Origin: Ruminococcus flavefaciens
GTDB lineage: Bacteria; Bacillota; Clostridia; Oscillospirales; Ruminococcaceae
DNA: 64,000 nucleotides
Assembly (NCBI GenBank): GCA_002371825.1
Contig: DFHF01000022.1
Location: 5,101 to 69,100, forward strand
Direction: 5' to 3'
Shown here: positions 8,848 through 18,390 of the stretch, piece after piece
Numbering within the stretch: the stretch's first letter is position 1
Layout: every line of letters starts with the position of its first letter
The notes under the pieces: model-generated
Databases searched by the model: none
The model's input: only the letters and a program-made list of their open reading frames with translations
Told to the model about the DNA's origin: nothing
Made by a program: the position numbers and the translations under genes

Positions 8848-10254
8848 TTGGTTTTCAGCAGTCCCGTATTCCTTTTCATATTCATGACCTCGGTATACAT
8901 CCTGTACAGGATGATACCACGAATGACAGCCAAGAACGTTCTTCTGCTGATATTCAGCATAGCGTTCTACACCTATGGCGAACCCAGGGCTGTAGTCCTG
9001 ATGATAATCTCTATCCTGATGAACTACGGTTTTGGTCTGGCCATGAAGCAGGAAAACAAAGCGAGAAAACCGGTGCTTGCCGCTGCAGTCACCGCCAATC
9101 TCGTAATGCTGGGCATATTCAAGTACGCAGGCTTCGGCGCTGACCTGCTTAACAGTCTGCCCTTCGTCAGTGTACCGGTGCCAAAAATAGCCCTGCCAAT
9201 AGGTATATCCTTCTATACCTTCCAGGCTATGTCCTATGTCATAGATGCTTACAAGGACCCGAAATACATACAGAAAAATCTTTACAAGCTGGCTCTGTAC
9301 ATAACCTTCTTCCCGCAGCTGGTGGCAGGTCCTATCGTAAAATACTACGATTTTGCAGACCAGATCGATAACCGCAAAAATGATCCGGAAAAGACAGCTC
9401 AGGGTATCAGAAGATTCATTATAGGACTTTCAAAAAAGCTCCTTATCGCAAATACCATGGCTCTTGCCGCAGATTATGTATACGGTCTCGGTATTTCTGA
9501 ACTGACTCTTCCGCTGACATGGCTGGGAGCTGTATCCTATCTTTTCCAGATATATTTCGATTTCAGCGGCTACAGCGATATGGCTATCGGCCTTGGAGCA
9601 ATGTTCGGATTCACCTTCAAGGAGAACTTCAATTACCCGTATATCTCACAGAGTATGCAGGAATTCTGGCGCAGGTGGCATATTTCAGTTTCCACCTGGT
9701 TCAAGGAATATCTCTATATCCCTCTTGGCGGAAACCGCAGGGGAAAGGTGAGAACAGCTCTCAACAAGATGATAGTGTTCTTCTGCACAGGCCTCTGGCA
9801 CGGCGCAAGTCTGAATTTCATTGTCTGGGGACTCCTGAACGGCGGATTCCTTATGCTGGAGTCCTATAACATTCTGAATACAAAAAAATGGCCCCGTTTC
9901 TTCCGCCATTTCTATGCAGTGTTCGTGACGATACTTGCGTTCGTATTCTTCCGTGCTGATGACCTGGGAACAGCCTGCCGCTTTATAGGAAGAATGTTCG
10001 ATCCTTCCAGTCTTACAAGCTCCGGCTACTCCATGTTCATGGCTCAGCTCACACCTATGTATCTTACCATGCTGGTACTGGCAGTTGTTTTCTCAATGCC
10101 GGTTATCGGCGGTATCAGGACAAAACTTACAGCTCCGAAGGCTGCTGCTGCCGGAGAGTCCTGTGCCTATGTGATATCACTTCTGCTCCTGGCAGTATGT
10201 ATCATCACACTTTCATCCGCTTCCTACAATCCGTTCATCTATTTCAGATTTTAG
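8848..10254 (+). CDS. MBOAT family O-acyltransferase (AlgI/PatA-like)
   Basis: MVFSS.VFLF.F start, LPIGISFYTFQ, FFPQLVAGPI, DFSGYSDMAIG, FWRRWHIS and GLWHG catalytic His. Confidence 0.92.
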   Translation: MVFSSPVFLFIFMTSVYILYRMIPRMTAKNVLLLIFSIAFYTYGEPRAVVLMIISILMNYGFGLAMKQENKARKPVLAAAVTANLVMLGIFKYAGFGADLLNSLPFVSVPVPKIALPIGISFYTFQAMSYVIDAYKDPKYIQKNLYKLALYITFFPQLVAGPIVKYYDFADQIDNRKNDPEKTAQGIRRFIIGLSKKLLIANTMALAADYVYGLGISELTLPLTWLGAVSYLFQIYFDFSGYSDMAIGLGAMFGFTFKENFNYPYISQSMQEFWRRWHISVSTWFKEYLYIPLGGNRRGKVRTALNKMIVFFCTGLWHGASLNFIVWGLLNGGFLMLESYNILNTKKWPRFFRHFYAVFVTILAFVFFRADDLGTACRFIGRMFDPSSLTSSGYSMFMAQLTPMYLTMLVLAVVFSMPVIGGIRTKLTAPKAAAAGESCAYVISLLLLAVCIITLSSASYNPFIYFRF

Positions 10255-10266
10255 GAGGCATAAGCT

Positions 10267-11658
10267 ATGAAGAAAAATATACTTTACAGGCTCTATGCAG
10301 CCGCTTTTATCGGAATATGTCTTGCTCCGGCAGCATTTATGCCTGTGGTCAGAAATTCCGAATCAAAGGAAAAACGTGCACTTGCTCCTGCACCTAAGCT
10401 CAAAACTGAGGAGGGGAAGCTGAATTTCGATTTCTTCGATGATTTCAGCAAATATTTCTCAGAGCACTTCGCCTTCCGTCAGGAGCTGGTCACAGCTGAC
10501 GGCCGTCTAAAATCTGCTGTGCTTGGAACTTCACCGAATTCAGATGTAATAGTCGGAAAGGACGGCTGGCTCTACTACGGACCGACTAAGAACGATTTTC
10601 TCAACATCAACTGTCTCAGCGACAGGGGAATAAACAATATAGTCAATAATGTGCGTATGATGGATGATATCTGCCAGTCTTCCGGCTGCCAGTTCATCTT
10701 CACGGTGGCTCCCAACAAGAATACCGTCTATCCGGAGCATATGCCCTTCAACTACAAGCCCTCTGACAATAAGAACAACTATTCAAGACTTGCAGAAAAG
10801 CTCAGCGGCGAAAGCTTCTGGTGCGATATGAAGGAGACTATCCTCAGTGCAGACGCAAGCATCCCGCTCTATCATAAGACCGATACCCACTGGAACAATA
10901 TGGGGGCTTATGTGGGACACGCAAAGCTTATGGAAATGCAGGGCCGCAGCTCCTGTCCGGCCGGAACTCACTGGTTCACCCGTGATGACCGTCTGGGAGA
11001 CCTGGCTGCTATGATATATCCTGCTGAGGATGCAAAGGATACTCAGGTCTATAACGACTATGAGTTCACCTATACTTACCGTGGCCGATTCAAGGCTCTG
11101 GACGATATTACAATAAATACCGACTGCGCTGACGGCTCAGGAAAGCTTCTGATGTACCGTGATTCCTACGGCGAGGCTATACTGCCCTATATGGCTGAAT
11201 CCTATTCCTCCGCAGAGTTCTCACGAGCAGTTCCGTACCGTCTTGACAAAGCAGCTGATGAGACTGTCATAATAGAGATAGTTGAGAGAAATCTGGGCGA
11301 TATTCAGAGATATGCTCCTGTTGCAGCAGCTCCTGAAGCAGAAGCTCCTCAGGCTGACGGTCTCTATAACGGCTCAGATGCTGAGATATACTCTAAGGAC
11401 AATGGTATGTTTACCCATTTATACGGAGTCCTTCCGGACGAATGCTTTACCGGAGATAATGCTGAGATATTCGTCAGTGTTAACGGAACGTCATATAAAG
11501 CTTTCAGCTGCTTCGAGGATAAACTGCTCGGACGTGAAGGTGAGTCCTGTGATAATGGATTCTCACTGTATATCCCGTCAGAAAAGGCCTCTTCCGGAGA
11601 TGACATCACAGTAACAGTAAGCTGTGAGAACGGCAGGGCTATACAGATAAATTTTTAA
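10267..11658 (+). CDS. DHHW/ALGX family SGNH-like O-acetyltransferase (AlgJ-like)
   Basis: N-terminal TM, VIVGKDGWLYY, VAPNKNTVYPE, KTDTHWN (Asp/His) and RDSYG (Ser); follows the MBOAT gene. Confidence 0.85.
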   Translation: MKKNILYRLYAAAFIGICLAPAAFMPVVRNSESKEKRALAPAPKLKTEEGKLNFDFFDDFSKYFSEHFAFRQELVTADGRLKSAVLGTSPNSDVIVGKDGWLYYGPTKNDFLNINCLSDRGINNIVNNVRMMDDICQSSGCQFIFTVAPNKNTVYPEHMPFNYKPSDNKNNYSRLAEKLSGESFWCDMKETILSADASIPLYHKTDTHWNNMGAYVGHAKLMEMQGRSSCPAGTHWFTRDDRLGDLAAMIYPAEDAKDTQVYNDYEFTYTYRGRFKALDDITINTDCADGSGKLLMYRDSYGEAILPYMAESYSSAEFSRAVPYRLDKAADETVIIEIVERNLGDIQRYAPVAAAPEAEAPQADGLYNGSDAEIYSKDNGMFTHLYGVLPDECFTGDNAEIFVSVNGTSYKAFSCFEDKLLGREGESCDNGFSLYIPSEKASSGDDITVTVSCENGRAIQINF

Positions 11659-11679
11659 AAGAAAAGAGAAGTGATACAA

Positions 11680-12495
11680 ATGAGATTCAATAAATTTGCC
11701 GCATTTGTTTCTGCGGCTTCAATGGCTGTTTTATCAGCTATGCCTGTAATGCAGGCAAATGCAGCGGCTCCGGACCTCAGCGATTTCATAGCCGAGCCTG
11801 TTTTTGAATACTTCAAGGCTTCCGATGTCAATGGAGTTGTGGGAGTTCAGCTCTCAGATGACCTTTCTGCTCACGTTGAGATAACCTTCGATTCACCTGA
11901 GGGTACTGCTTTTCCCTACTATGTAACTGACATAAAGTCCGGCGGAAGGATGCTCTTCCAGATAGAAGGCTACAGCAATACCGAGGATGATTATCGCAGC
12001 TACCATATAAGCATCAAGCTTAAGGGCGGTATCTATAATTCATCAGCTTCAGAATTTGTTCAGGATTTCACAGTTCCTGACGGAAATGATGAACCGGACA
12101 GCTTTGTAGCAGTAGGTTATAATTTTGTTGTAGATGATAAGCTCTCAACTGATGATATCGAGTATCTGAGCACAACAAAGGAGAGCGGCACCTACAAGAA
12201 CAAAAAGATCACCGGTGAGCTCAATAACTATCTTGTACATCTTGACGGCTATATAAAGGGCGATGTTACCGGCGAGGGAGTCGTTGACGGCTCTGATGCA
12301 ACACTTGTTCTCAAAGAATTCGGCGCTCAGCTGGCAGGTGATGAGACAACTCTTGATCCCCGTCAGTTTGCCGCAGCAGATATTGACGGCAACGGAACAG
12401 TTGATGGTTCAGATGCAACACTGATACTCAAATATTACGGTCTTATCAGTGCAGGCAAGGAACCTGCCTGGGATGACGTCATTCCGAAGAACTGA
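11680..12495 (+). CDS. Secreted dockerin-containing protein of unknown function
   Basis: Signal peptide (ANAAA). C-terminal duplicated Ca-binding loops GDVTGEGVVDGSDATLVL / ADIDGNGTVDGSDATLILKYY. Confidence 0.85.
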   Translation: MRFNKFAAFVSAASMAVLSAMPVMQANAAAPDLSDFIAEPVFEYFKASDVNGVVGVQLSDDLSAHVEITFDSPEGTAFPYYVTDIKSGGRMLFQIEGYSNTEDDYRSYHISIKLKGGIYNSSASEFVQDFTVPDGNDEPDSFVAVGYNFVVDDKLSTDDIEYLSTTKESGTYKNKKITGELNNYLVHLDGYIKGDVTGEGVVDGSDATLVLKEFGAQLAGDETTLDPRQFAAADIDGNGTVDGSDATLILKYYGLISAGKEPAWDDVIPKN

Positions 12496-12549
12496 CATAC
12501 AGAAAATCTCCCCGCTGACATTCAGCTGCCGGCGGGGATAAATATATCG

Positions 12550-12586
12550 AAAAAGCCTCCTGTTGGATCACAGGAGGCTTCTCTTT
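12550..12586. terminator. Bidirectional intrinsic terminator between convergent genes
   Basis: aaaaagcctcctg-ttggatca-caggaggcttctcttt; a second hairpin lies at ~12506-12539. Confidence 0.8.
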
Positions 12587-12618
12587 ATTTATACGGCAGG
12601 TTATCCGTATCTGCTCTT

Positions 12619-13845
12619 TTAAGGCTTGACTGTAATGTCCTTTACAGCTTCATCAAGCAGTACCTGGAGATCACGCTTGTCGGGATTTCCCGCAGCAAGA
12701 GTGCTTCCGAGGAGTGATGTAGGAGTCCAGTAAGCGTCGGTTACATTCTGTCGTATAGAGTATGCAGACTGCTCTGCAAGAGCAACAACAGCAGGTGAGG
12801 ACTGAACTGTATCGTCCTTCATAGCTTCAATATTTGAGGGACACTCGCCTGTAACTCCGAATCTTGCAACCTGATTGTCGTAATTGGATACCCATTCTGC
12901 AAACTTGACAGCCCATTCAGGGGAGCTTGTCTCTGAGTAAACGCCAACATACTTATATCCCATAAATCCGGACATCTGTACCTGATCGCCGTTTACAGTA
13001 AATGTTGGGAGTTTTGTTGCACGAAGGTCATCGCCCCATACAGCACTGAGGCTCTCATAGTCCCACTGTCCGCTGACGAAAGCAATGATGCTGTCATCAG
13101 TAGCTCCGTCTATGAAGCTGTCGATGCTCTTGAAGCCCTTGCTGCTGCTGATATCCAGCATAGCCTGAGCTACATCCACACCCTTGTACTGGGTATCAGT
13201 TGCGTTCCAGTTGCAGTCGTTATATGTTCCGCCGGGGTTAGCCTCAGCCTTAAGGCCTGCACCTCCGAAGAAGGAGTATGTATACCAGCCGGAGGACCAG
13301 TCCATAGCGAAGTACTTGTTGTTTTTCTCAGCAACTTCAAGGATCTTATCGAGGCTCTCTACATCCTTATCGCTGAGGTACTTTGCATTGTAGTAGAGGA
13401 AGTATCCGTTGCCGGCAGTTATCGGGCAGGCAAAGAGCTTTCTCTCTCTTACGACGCAGGAGATTATATCGGTATATCTTCCGCCGTTATCAGCAATGAT
13501 CTTGTCCCTATCCTCGGTGATAGGGAGAAGGTAGCCGGCATTGTAGAGCTGATCCAGCTGATCGTCGGCAAAATAGAGTATATCAGCTGAGTCGTCGGGA
13601 TTTTCCTTAATATATTCGGTCATTGAGTGCTCAGGCTTATTGCCGAGGATTATCTCAATATCGGCGTCGTCCTTATAGTGCTCAACGAAGTCATCGGCCA
13701 TCTGCTGAAGGAAGGCTTCGTCCTCCATTTTCCATATGTTGAGGGTGACCTTTTCACGGTTCTTCTTTGAATTCTTTCCGCAGGCAGTCATTGAGAAAAG
13801 ACAGGCGGCTGCGCATGAAAATGCTAATATCTTCTTTATATTCAT
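12619..13845 (-). CDS. Extracellular solute-binding lipoprotein (MalE-like, family 1)
   Basis: Lipobox FSMTAC, ADILYFADDQL, YFLYYN, TKLPTF, FMGYKYVGV; no permease genes adjacent. Confidence 0.85.
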   Translation of the reverse strand: MNIKKILAFSCAAACLFSMTACGKNSKKNREKVTLNIWKMEDEAFLQQMADDFVEHYKDDADIEIILGNKPEHSMTEYIKENPDDSADILYFADDQLDQLYNAGYLLPITEDRDKIIADNGGRYTDIISCVVRERKLFACPITAGNGYFLYYNAKYLSDKDVESLDKILEVAEKNNKYFAMDWSSGWYTYSFFGGAGLKAEANPGGTYNDCNWNATDTQYKGVDVAQAMLDISSSKGFKSIDSFIDGATDDSIIAFVSGQWDYESLSAVWGDDLRATKLPTFTVNGDQVQMSGFMGYKYVGVYSETSSPEWAVKFAEWVSNYDNQVARFGVTGECPSNIEAMKDDTVQSSPAVVALAEQSAYSIRQNVTDAYWTPTSLLGSTLAAGNPDKRDLQVLLDEAVKDITVKP

Positions 13846-13873
13846 TCTTATTATCCTCCTGATAGTTTAATGA

Positions 13874-15067
13874 TCAGACTTCTGTATAGCGCCAGTTTCC
13901 GGAAGCAGAGAGCTTTCCGCTGGTCATAGTCTGCTTGAGCTGATTGTGTACTGACATATCTGCTGTCGAAGGACCATTTATCTTTACAAGAGCTGCTGAG
14001 TAGCCGGCAGAAACATTGCGGTTACCGAGATTATGATCCGATGTAAGAGACTTGCAGGCTCTTTCGAGGAGGCCGGCAATATTTGAAAGGCTGTCAGGGG
14101 TATTGTCTGTCTTTACAACTGCAACGAATTCGTCTGAACCTGTTCTGTAAACAGAACCGTCCTCGAATACATCCTTTATGCGCTCTGCTGTAGATGAAAG
14201 GAGCTTATCTCCTATATCGCTTCCGTATCTGATATTGATACCGCTGAAGTCGTTGATATCGAACATCATAAAGCAGAGTGAAGTGCCTTCAGGAATATCC
14301 ACGGGATTCTCGCCGTATTCAACAACAAATGAGAATCTGTTGCCGCTGTCTGTAACTGTGTCTTTGAAGATAGCGTTGTTGAGTGATTCCTGTGTCTTTT
14401 CATTTTTGTCAACCGCTGTTTCAAGGTTTTTAGCGATCTTCTTTCTGCGTGATTCCAGAATATTGAGGAGGATAAGAATGATTACTCCGAAAACAACGAA
14501 GAAAATACGAAGGAGCTTTGTGTTGAATACGACCTTGTCATAGCGCTTGTCGATAGAGTCGTCGGTAACGTTCAGGAGCTCATTGAGACTGGAATCAAGA
14601 CCGTTGCGCTTATTTATGAAACGGTCGTAGTAGATAGAATTTGCAGTCTCATAGTGTCCGTCGTTGATCTGGGCGAGGAGCTCGTTAGAGACGATCTCGT
14701 TATACTGATTCATAGCAGTTTTCACAATGTGGTACTGCTTATCCTCATCGCTTGTCTTTTTGATTGCCTCATATTTTTTCATGAGGTCTTTACATTCGTC
14801 CATGGAATAATTGATCTTCTCAACATATTCCTCGATCTGGGCAGGGTCTTCACCGCTGCGGCCCATATTGATAGCAATGCACAGGTCTGTTTCCATTTCG
14901 TGCATTTTTATCGAGTTCTGCTGAAGATAATTCCTTGAGGCGACATCGTTATCCACAACGTCGGAATACTCAGAAATAACAAAGGTAAAACCTATGAATC
15001 CGAGTACGATGAAAAGGATAACGATAATGTTTGTTACAATGTTGCTTTTTTTGTCCATCATTATCAC
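13874..15067 (-). CDS. Membrane sensor: extracellular four-helix bundle plus degenerate GGDEF domain
   Basis: Two TM helices flanking a helical extracellular domain; MFDINDF...YG..IGDKLL and YRTGSDEF. Confidence 0.75.
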   Translation of the reverse strand: MIMMDKKSNIVTNIIVILFIVLGFIGFTFVISEYSDVVDNDVASRNYLQQNSIKMHEMETDLCIAINMGRSGEDPAQIEEYVEKINYSMDECKDLMKKYEAIKKTSDEDKQYHIVKTAMNQYNEIVSNELLAQINDGHYETANSIYYDRFINKRNGLDSSLNELLNVTDDSIDKRYDKVVFNTKLLRIFFVVFGVIILILLNILESRRKKIAKNLETAVDKNEKTQESLNNAIFKDTVTDSGNRFSFVVEYGENPVDIPEGTSLCFMMFDINDFSGINIRYGSDIGDKLLSSTAERIKDVFEDGSVYRTGSDEFVAVVKTDNTPDSLSNIAGLLERACKSLTSDHNLGNRNVSAGYSAALVKINGPSTADMSVHNQLKQTMTSGKLSASGNWRYTEV

Positions 15068-15179
15068 CTACATATAATTTTTTAAGTATTGTTTTTACAT
15101 GATATATAGTCCTCCCTCCTTATATATCATGCTGGCATGCTGTCTTTTTATCCCATTCTGTTCCAATACTTGTATAATA

Positions 15180-15208
15180 ATTATAGCAGTATCACGCTAA
15201 TTTGTCAA
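15180..15208 (-). promoter_or_regulatory. SigA promoter of the GGDEF-SBP operon
   Basis: TTGACA-17-TATAAT on the minus strand. Confidence 0.7.
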
Positions 15209-15424
15209 TAGATATTATCAAATATACATACCGTACTTTTACGGATAATAATACTACAAGTTTTTCTTTTTACGAAGAATTTTTGGTAAAAATATGTTAT
15301 AAGGTTTCGGTTATAGATCTGTTTTATATGTCAAACATAAATGGCTGTAAACATTGTATAATATTACTTGATTTTTTCTCTTATGTATGATAAAATATTA
15401 TCAATAGGAAGGAGCCTGATAAGT

Positions 15425-16153
15425 ATGCTCGAACTGAAAAATGTATCATTCAGTGCAGAATCTGAACGTAAAAATATCGATATAATCCGTGACCTCGATC
15501 TCACGGTTGAGGATAATAAATTCGTGGTCATTACCGGACCAAACGGCGGAGGAAAATCTACCCTCGCAAAGCTTATTGCCGGAATCGAAAAAAATACTGC
15601 CGGTACGATAATCTTCAACGGTGAGGATATCACAGAAAAGTCTATAACTGAGCGAGCAAGAATGGGTATCGGATTTGCTTTTCAGCAGCCGGTGCGCTTC
15701 AAGGGAATAACAGTCCTTGACCTGCTTCGTATCGCTTCCGGAAAGACTCTCTCAGTGGGTGAGGCCTGCGATTATCTCTCTGAAGTCGGCCTCTGTGCCA
15801 AGGACTATATCAATCGTGAGGTAAACGCTTCGCTTTCAGGCGGAGAGCTCAAGCGTATTGAGATAGCTACAGTACTGGCCCGTGATGTGAAGCTGGCACT
15901 TTTCGATGAGCCGGAGGCAGGCATAGACCTGTGGAGCTTCAACAACCTTATCCGTATTTTCGAGAATATGCGTAATTCGGACAAGTCCCGTACTATAATC
16001 GTTATCTCTCATCAGGAGAGGATACTCAATATCGCTGATGAGATAGTTCTTCTTTCGGACGGAAAAGTCGCTAAGAAGGGCACAAGAGATGAGATAATGC
16101 CGGAAATATCCGGTACTGACAGTGCTGTTAATAATTGCAGCAGATTATCCTAA
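15425..16153 (+). CDS. sufC: SufC/SmsC-like ABC ATPase
   Basis: Walker A GPNGGGKST, FQQP, LSGGELKRIE, Walker B LFDEPEAGID; paired with a sufB-like gene. Confidence 0.85.
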   Translation: MLELKNVSFSAESERKNIDIIRDLDLTVEDNKFVVITGPNGGGKSTLAKLIAGIEKNTAGTIIFNGEDITEKSITERARMGIGFAFQQPVRFKGITVLDLLRIASGKTLSVGEACDYLSEVGLCAKDYINREVNASLSGGELKRIEIATVLARDVKLALFDEPEAGIDLWSFNNLIRIFENMRNSDKSRTIIVISHQERILNIADEIVLLSDGKVAKKGTRDEIMPEISGTDSAVNNCSRLS

Positions 16154-16165
16154 GGAGGCTGAAGC

Positions 16166-17092
16166 ATGAAAGAAATGGATGCTGTTCAGAAGCGGCTCAT
16201 ACAGGAGGTCGCAGATCTTCACGATATCCCTGAGGGCGCATATAATTTCCGTGCCAACGGTGAATCAGTGGGAAGAAATTCTACGGCCAATATAGAGATA
16301 ACCTCAAAAACGGAGGGCAGCGGTATAGATATCCGCATAAAGCCCGGTACAAAGAATGAGAGCGTCCACATTCCGGTGGTGCTCAGCGAAAGCGGTATAA
16401 AGGAGACTGTTTACAACGATTTTTATATCGGCGATGACAGCGATGTTCTTATCGTGGCAGGCTGCGGTATCGATAACTGCGGCAATCAGGATTCAGAGCA
16501 TGACGGTATCCACCGCTTCTATGTCGGAAAAAATGCGAAGATCAGATATGTTGAAAAGCATTACGGCTCCGGAGACGGCAAGGGCAAGCGTATCCTGAAT
16601 CCTGTAACAGAGGTCTACATGGAGGAGGGAAGCACCTGTGAAATGGAAATGGTCCAGATAAAGGGAGTTGACTCCACAGAGAGGATAACCCGTGCAGAGC
16701 TTGCCAAGGATGCAAAGCTTGTTGTTCGTGAAAGACTTATGACCCACGGTGAGCAGAATGCTCTGAGCATATACAAGGTCGATCTCAACGGAGACGGTTC
16801 AAGTGCCGATGTGGTATCACGTTCTGTAGCAAGGGATACCAGCTATCAGAAATTCGATGCCTGCATACTGGGAAATGCTGCCTGCTCAGGACATACTGAG
16901 TGCGACTCTATCATTATGGACAGCGGACGTATCCTTGCTGTACCATCACTGGAGGCAAACAGTGTTGATGCAGCTCTTGTCCACGAGGCTGCTATCGGAA
17001 AAATAGCCGGAGAACAGCTCATAAAGCTCATGACTCTTGGACTTACCGAGGCTGAGGCCGAGGAGCAGATAATAAACGGATTCCTGAAATAA
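16166..17092 (+). CDS. sufB: SufB/SufD-family (SmsB-like) Fe-S scaffold
   Basis: Beta-helix family motifs GHTECDSII, PSLEANSVDAALVHEAAIGKI, LMTLGLTE.EAEEQIINGFL. Confidence 0.85.
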   Translation: MKEMDAVQKRLIQEVADLHDIPEGAYNFRANGESVGRNSTANIEITSKTEGSGIDIRIKPGTKNESVHIPVVLSESGIKETVYNDFYIGDDSDVLIVAGCGIDNCGNQDSEHDGIHRFYVGKNAKIRYVEKHYGSGDGKGKRILNPVTEVYMEEGSTCEMEMVQIKGVDSTERITRAELAKDAKLVVRERLMTHGEQNALSIYKVDLNGDGSSADVVSRSVARDTSYQKFDACILGNAACSGHTECDSIIMDSGRILAVPSLEANSVDAALVHEAAIGKIAGEQLIKLMTLGLTEAEAEEQIINGFLK

Positions 17093-17140
17093 GGCCTTTT
17101 CTGCCATATTTGGCAGGCCGTGATATAGTTATTATAAAGC

Positions 17141-17180
17141 AAATACCTGCTGCCAGTTTTTCTGACAGCAGGTATTTTTT
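17141..17180. terminator. Bidirectional terminator between sufB and bioA
   Basis: aaatacctgctgccag-ttttt-ctgacagcaggtattttt. Confidence 0.8.
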
Positions 17181-18381
17181 ATCTCATGAACCATGACTTC
17201 ATAGTGCTTATTATCTTTAAAAGCTCCTCTTCGCTGATGACATATGGCGGCATTGTGTACATATACTTCAGGAACGGCCGGCTGAATACTCCATGCTCAA
17301 AGGCGAACTGCCTGAAGCCTTCGAGGTATTTTCCGTCCCTGACTTCAATGCATATGCATCCGCCCATTATGCGGATATCGCTGATCTCAGGTGAGGTAAA
17401 GCCGTCAAGTTCACGATGAGCCAGCGCCTCTATTTTGCGTATTATTGTGAGGTAATCCCCCTTCTCGAACAGCTCTATTGATTTCAGAGCCACTGTGCAG
17501 GCGAGAGCATTTCCCATAAATGTGGGGCCGTGCATAAGTGCATGGGTCGGGTCATCGCTGTAGAATCCCTCCCATACACGGCGGTTTGCAATAGTTGCTG
17601 CATGGCCGATATATCCGCCGGTAAGAGCCTTTCCAAGCACCAGTATATCAGGGAGGACAAGGTCTGCCACAAAACGGTTTCCGGTACGGCCAAAGCCTGT
17701 AGCCACCTCGTCAAAAATCAGCAGAACGTCATACTTATCGCAGAGTTCTCTTGCCCTGCGGAGAAAAGAGATATCATACATTCTCATTCCGCCTGCGCCC
17801 TGCAAAAGCGGCTCAACGATAAAGCAGGTGAGAGTATCGCCGTATTCGGAGAAGGCCTTTTCAAGAGCGGGTATCTCTGTCGGGATATGAATAACGCCCT
17901 GTTTTTTCTCATTTGATTTTCCGAAGGCGAAGTGGTAGTCCTCATCATCGCCTACCTCCATTGCCTTGAAGGTGTCACCGTGATAGGCGTGTTCAAGTGC
18001 GAGAATCGTTCTTCGGGGAGAATTGCGGTTGGTATTGAACTGCAATGCCATTTTCAGAGCCACTTCTACCGCAACACTTCCGGAATCTGAGAAGAAGCAG
18101 TAGTCAAGGTCACCGGGGAGCCATTCCTCCAGCTTTTTTGAGAGCTTTTCCACAGGCTCATGAGTAAGTCCTCCGAGCATAACGTGGGAGAAATTATCCA
18201 CCTGTTCCTTGATAGCTTCATTTATCTCAGGGTGAGAATAGCCGTGTATAACGCTCCACCATGAGGACACTGAATCGATAAGGTCGTGGCCGTCCTCAGT
18301 ATAAAGGTGAACTCCTTTTGCAGAGCTTATCTTTATAGGCGGGGCGAGAGTTTTCATTTGTGCATATGGATACCAGATCAT
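17179..18381 (-). CDS. bioA: Adenosylmethionine-8-amino-7-oxononanoate aminotransferase
   Basis: IWYPYAQ, SSWWSVIHGY, DSGSVAVEVALKMA, FDEVATGFGRTG, GKALTGG, HGPTFMGN. Confidence 0.95.
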   Translation of the reverse strand: MIWYPYAQMKTLAPPIKISSAKGVHLYTEDGHDLIDSVSSWWSVIHGYSHPEINEAIKEQVDNFSHVMLGGLTHEPVEKLSKKLEEWLPGDLDYCFFSDSGSVAVEVALKMALQFNTNRNSPRRTILALEHAYHGDTFKAMEVGDDEDYHFAFGKSNEKKQGVIHIPTEIPALEKAFSEYGDTLTCFIVEPLLQGAGGMRMYDISFLRRARELCDKYDVLLIFDEVATGFGRTGNRFVADLVLPDILVLGKALTGGYIGHAATIANRRVWEGFYSDDPTHALMHGPTFMGNALACTVALKSIELFEKGDYLTIIRKIEALAHRELDGFTSPEISDIRIMGGCICIEVRDGKYLEGFRQFAFEHGVFSRPFLKYMYTMPPYVISEEELLKIISTMKSWFMR

Positions 18382-18390
18382 AATGTCCTC

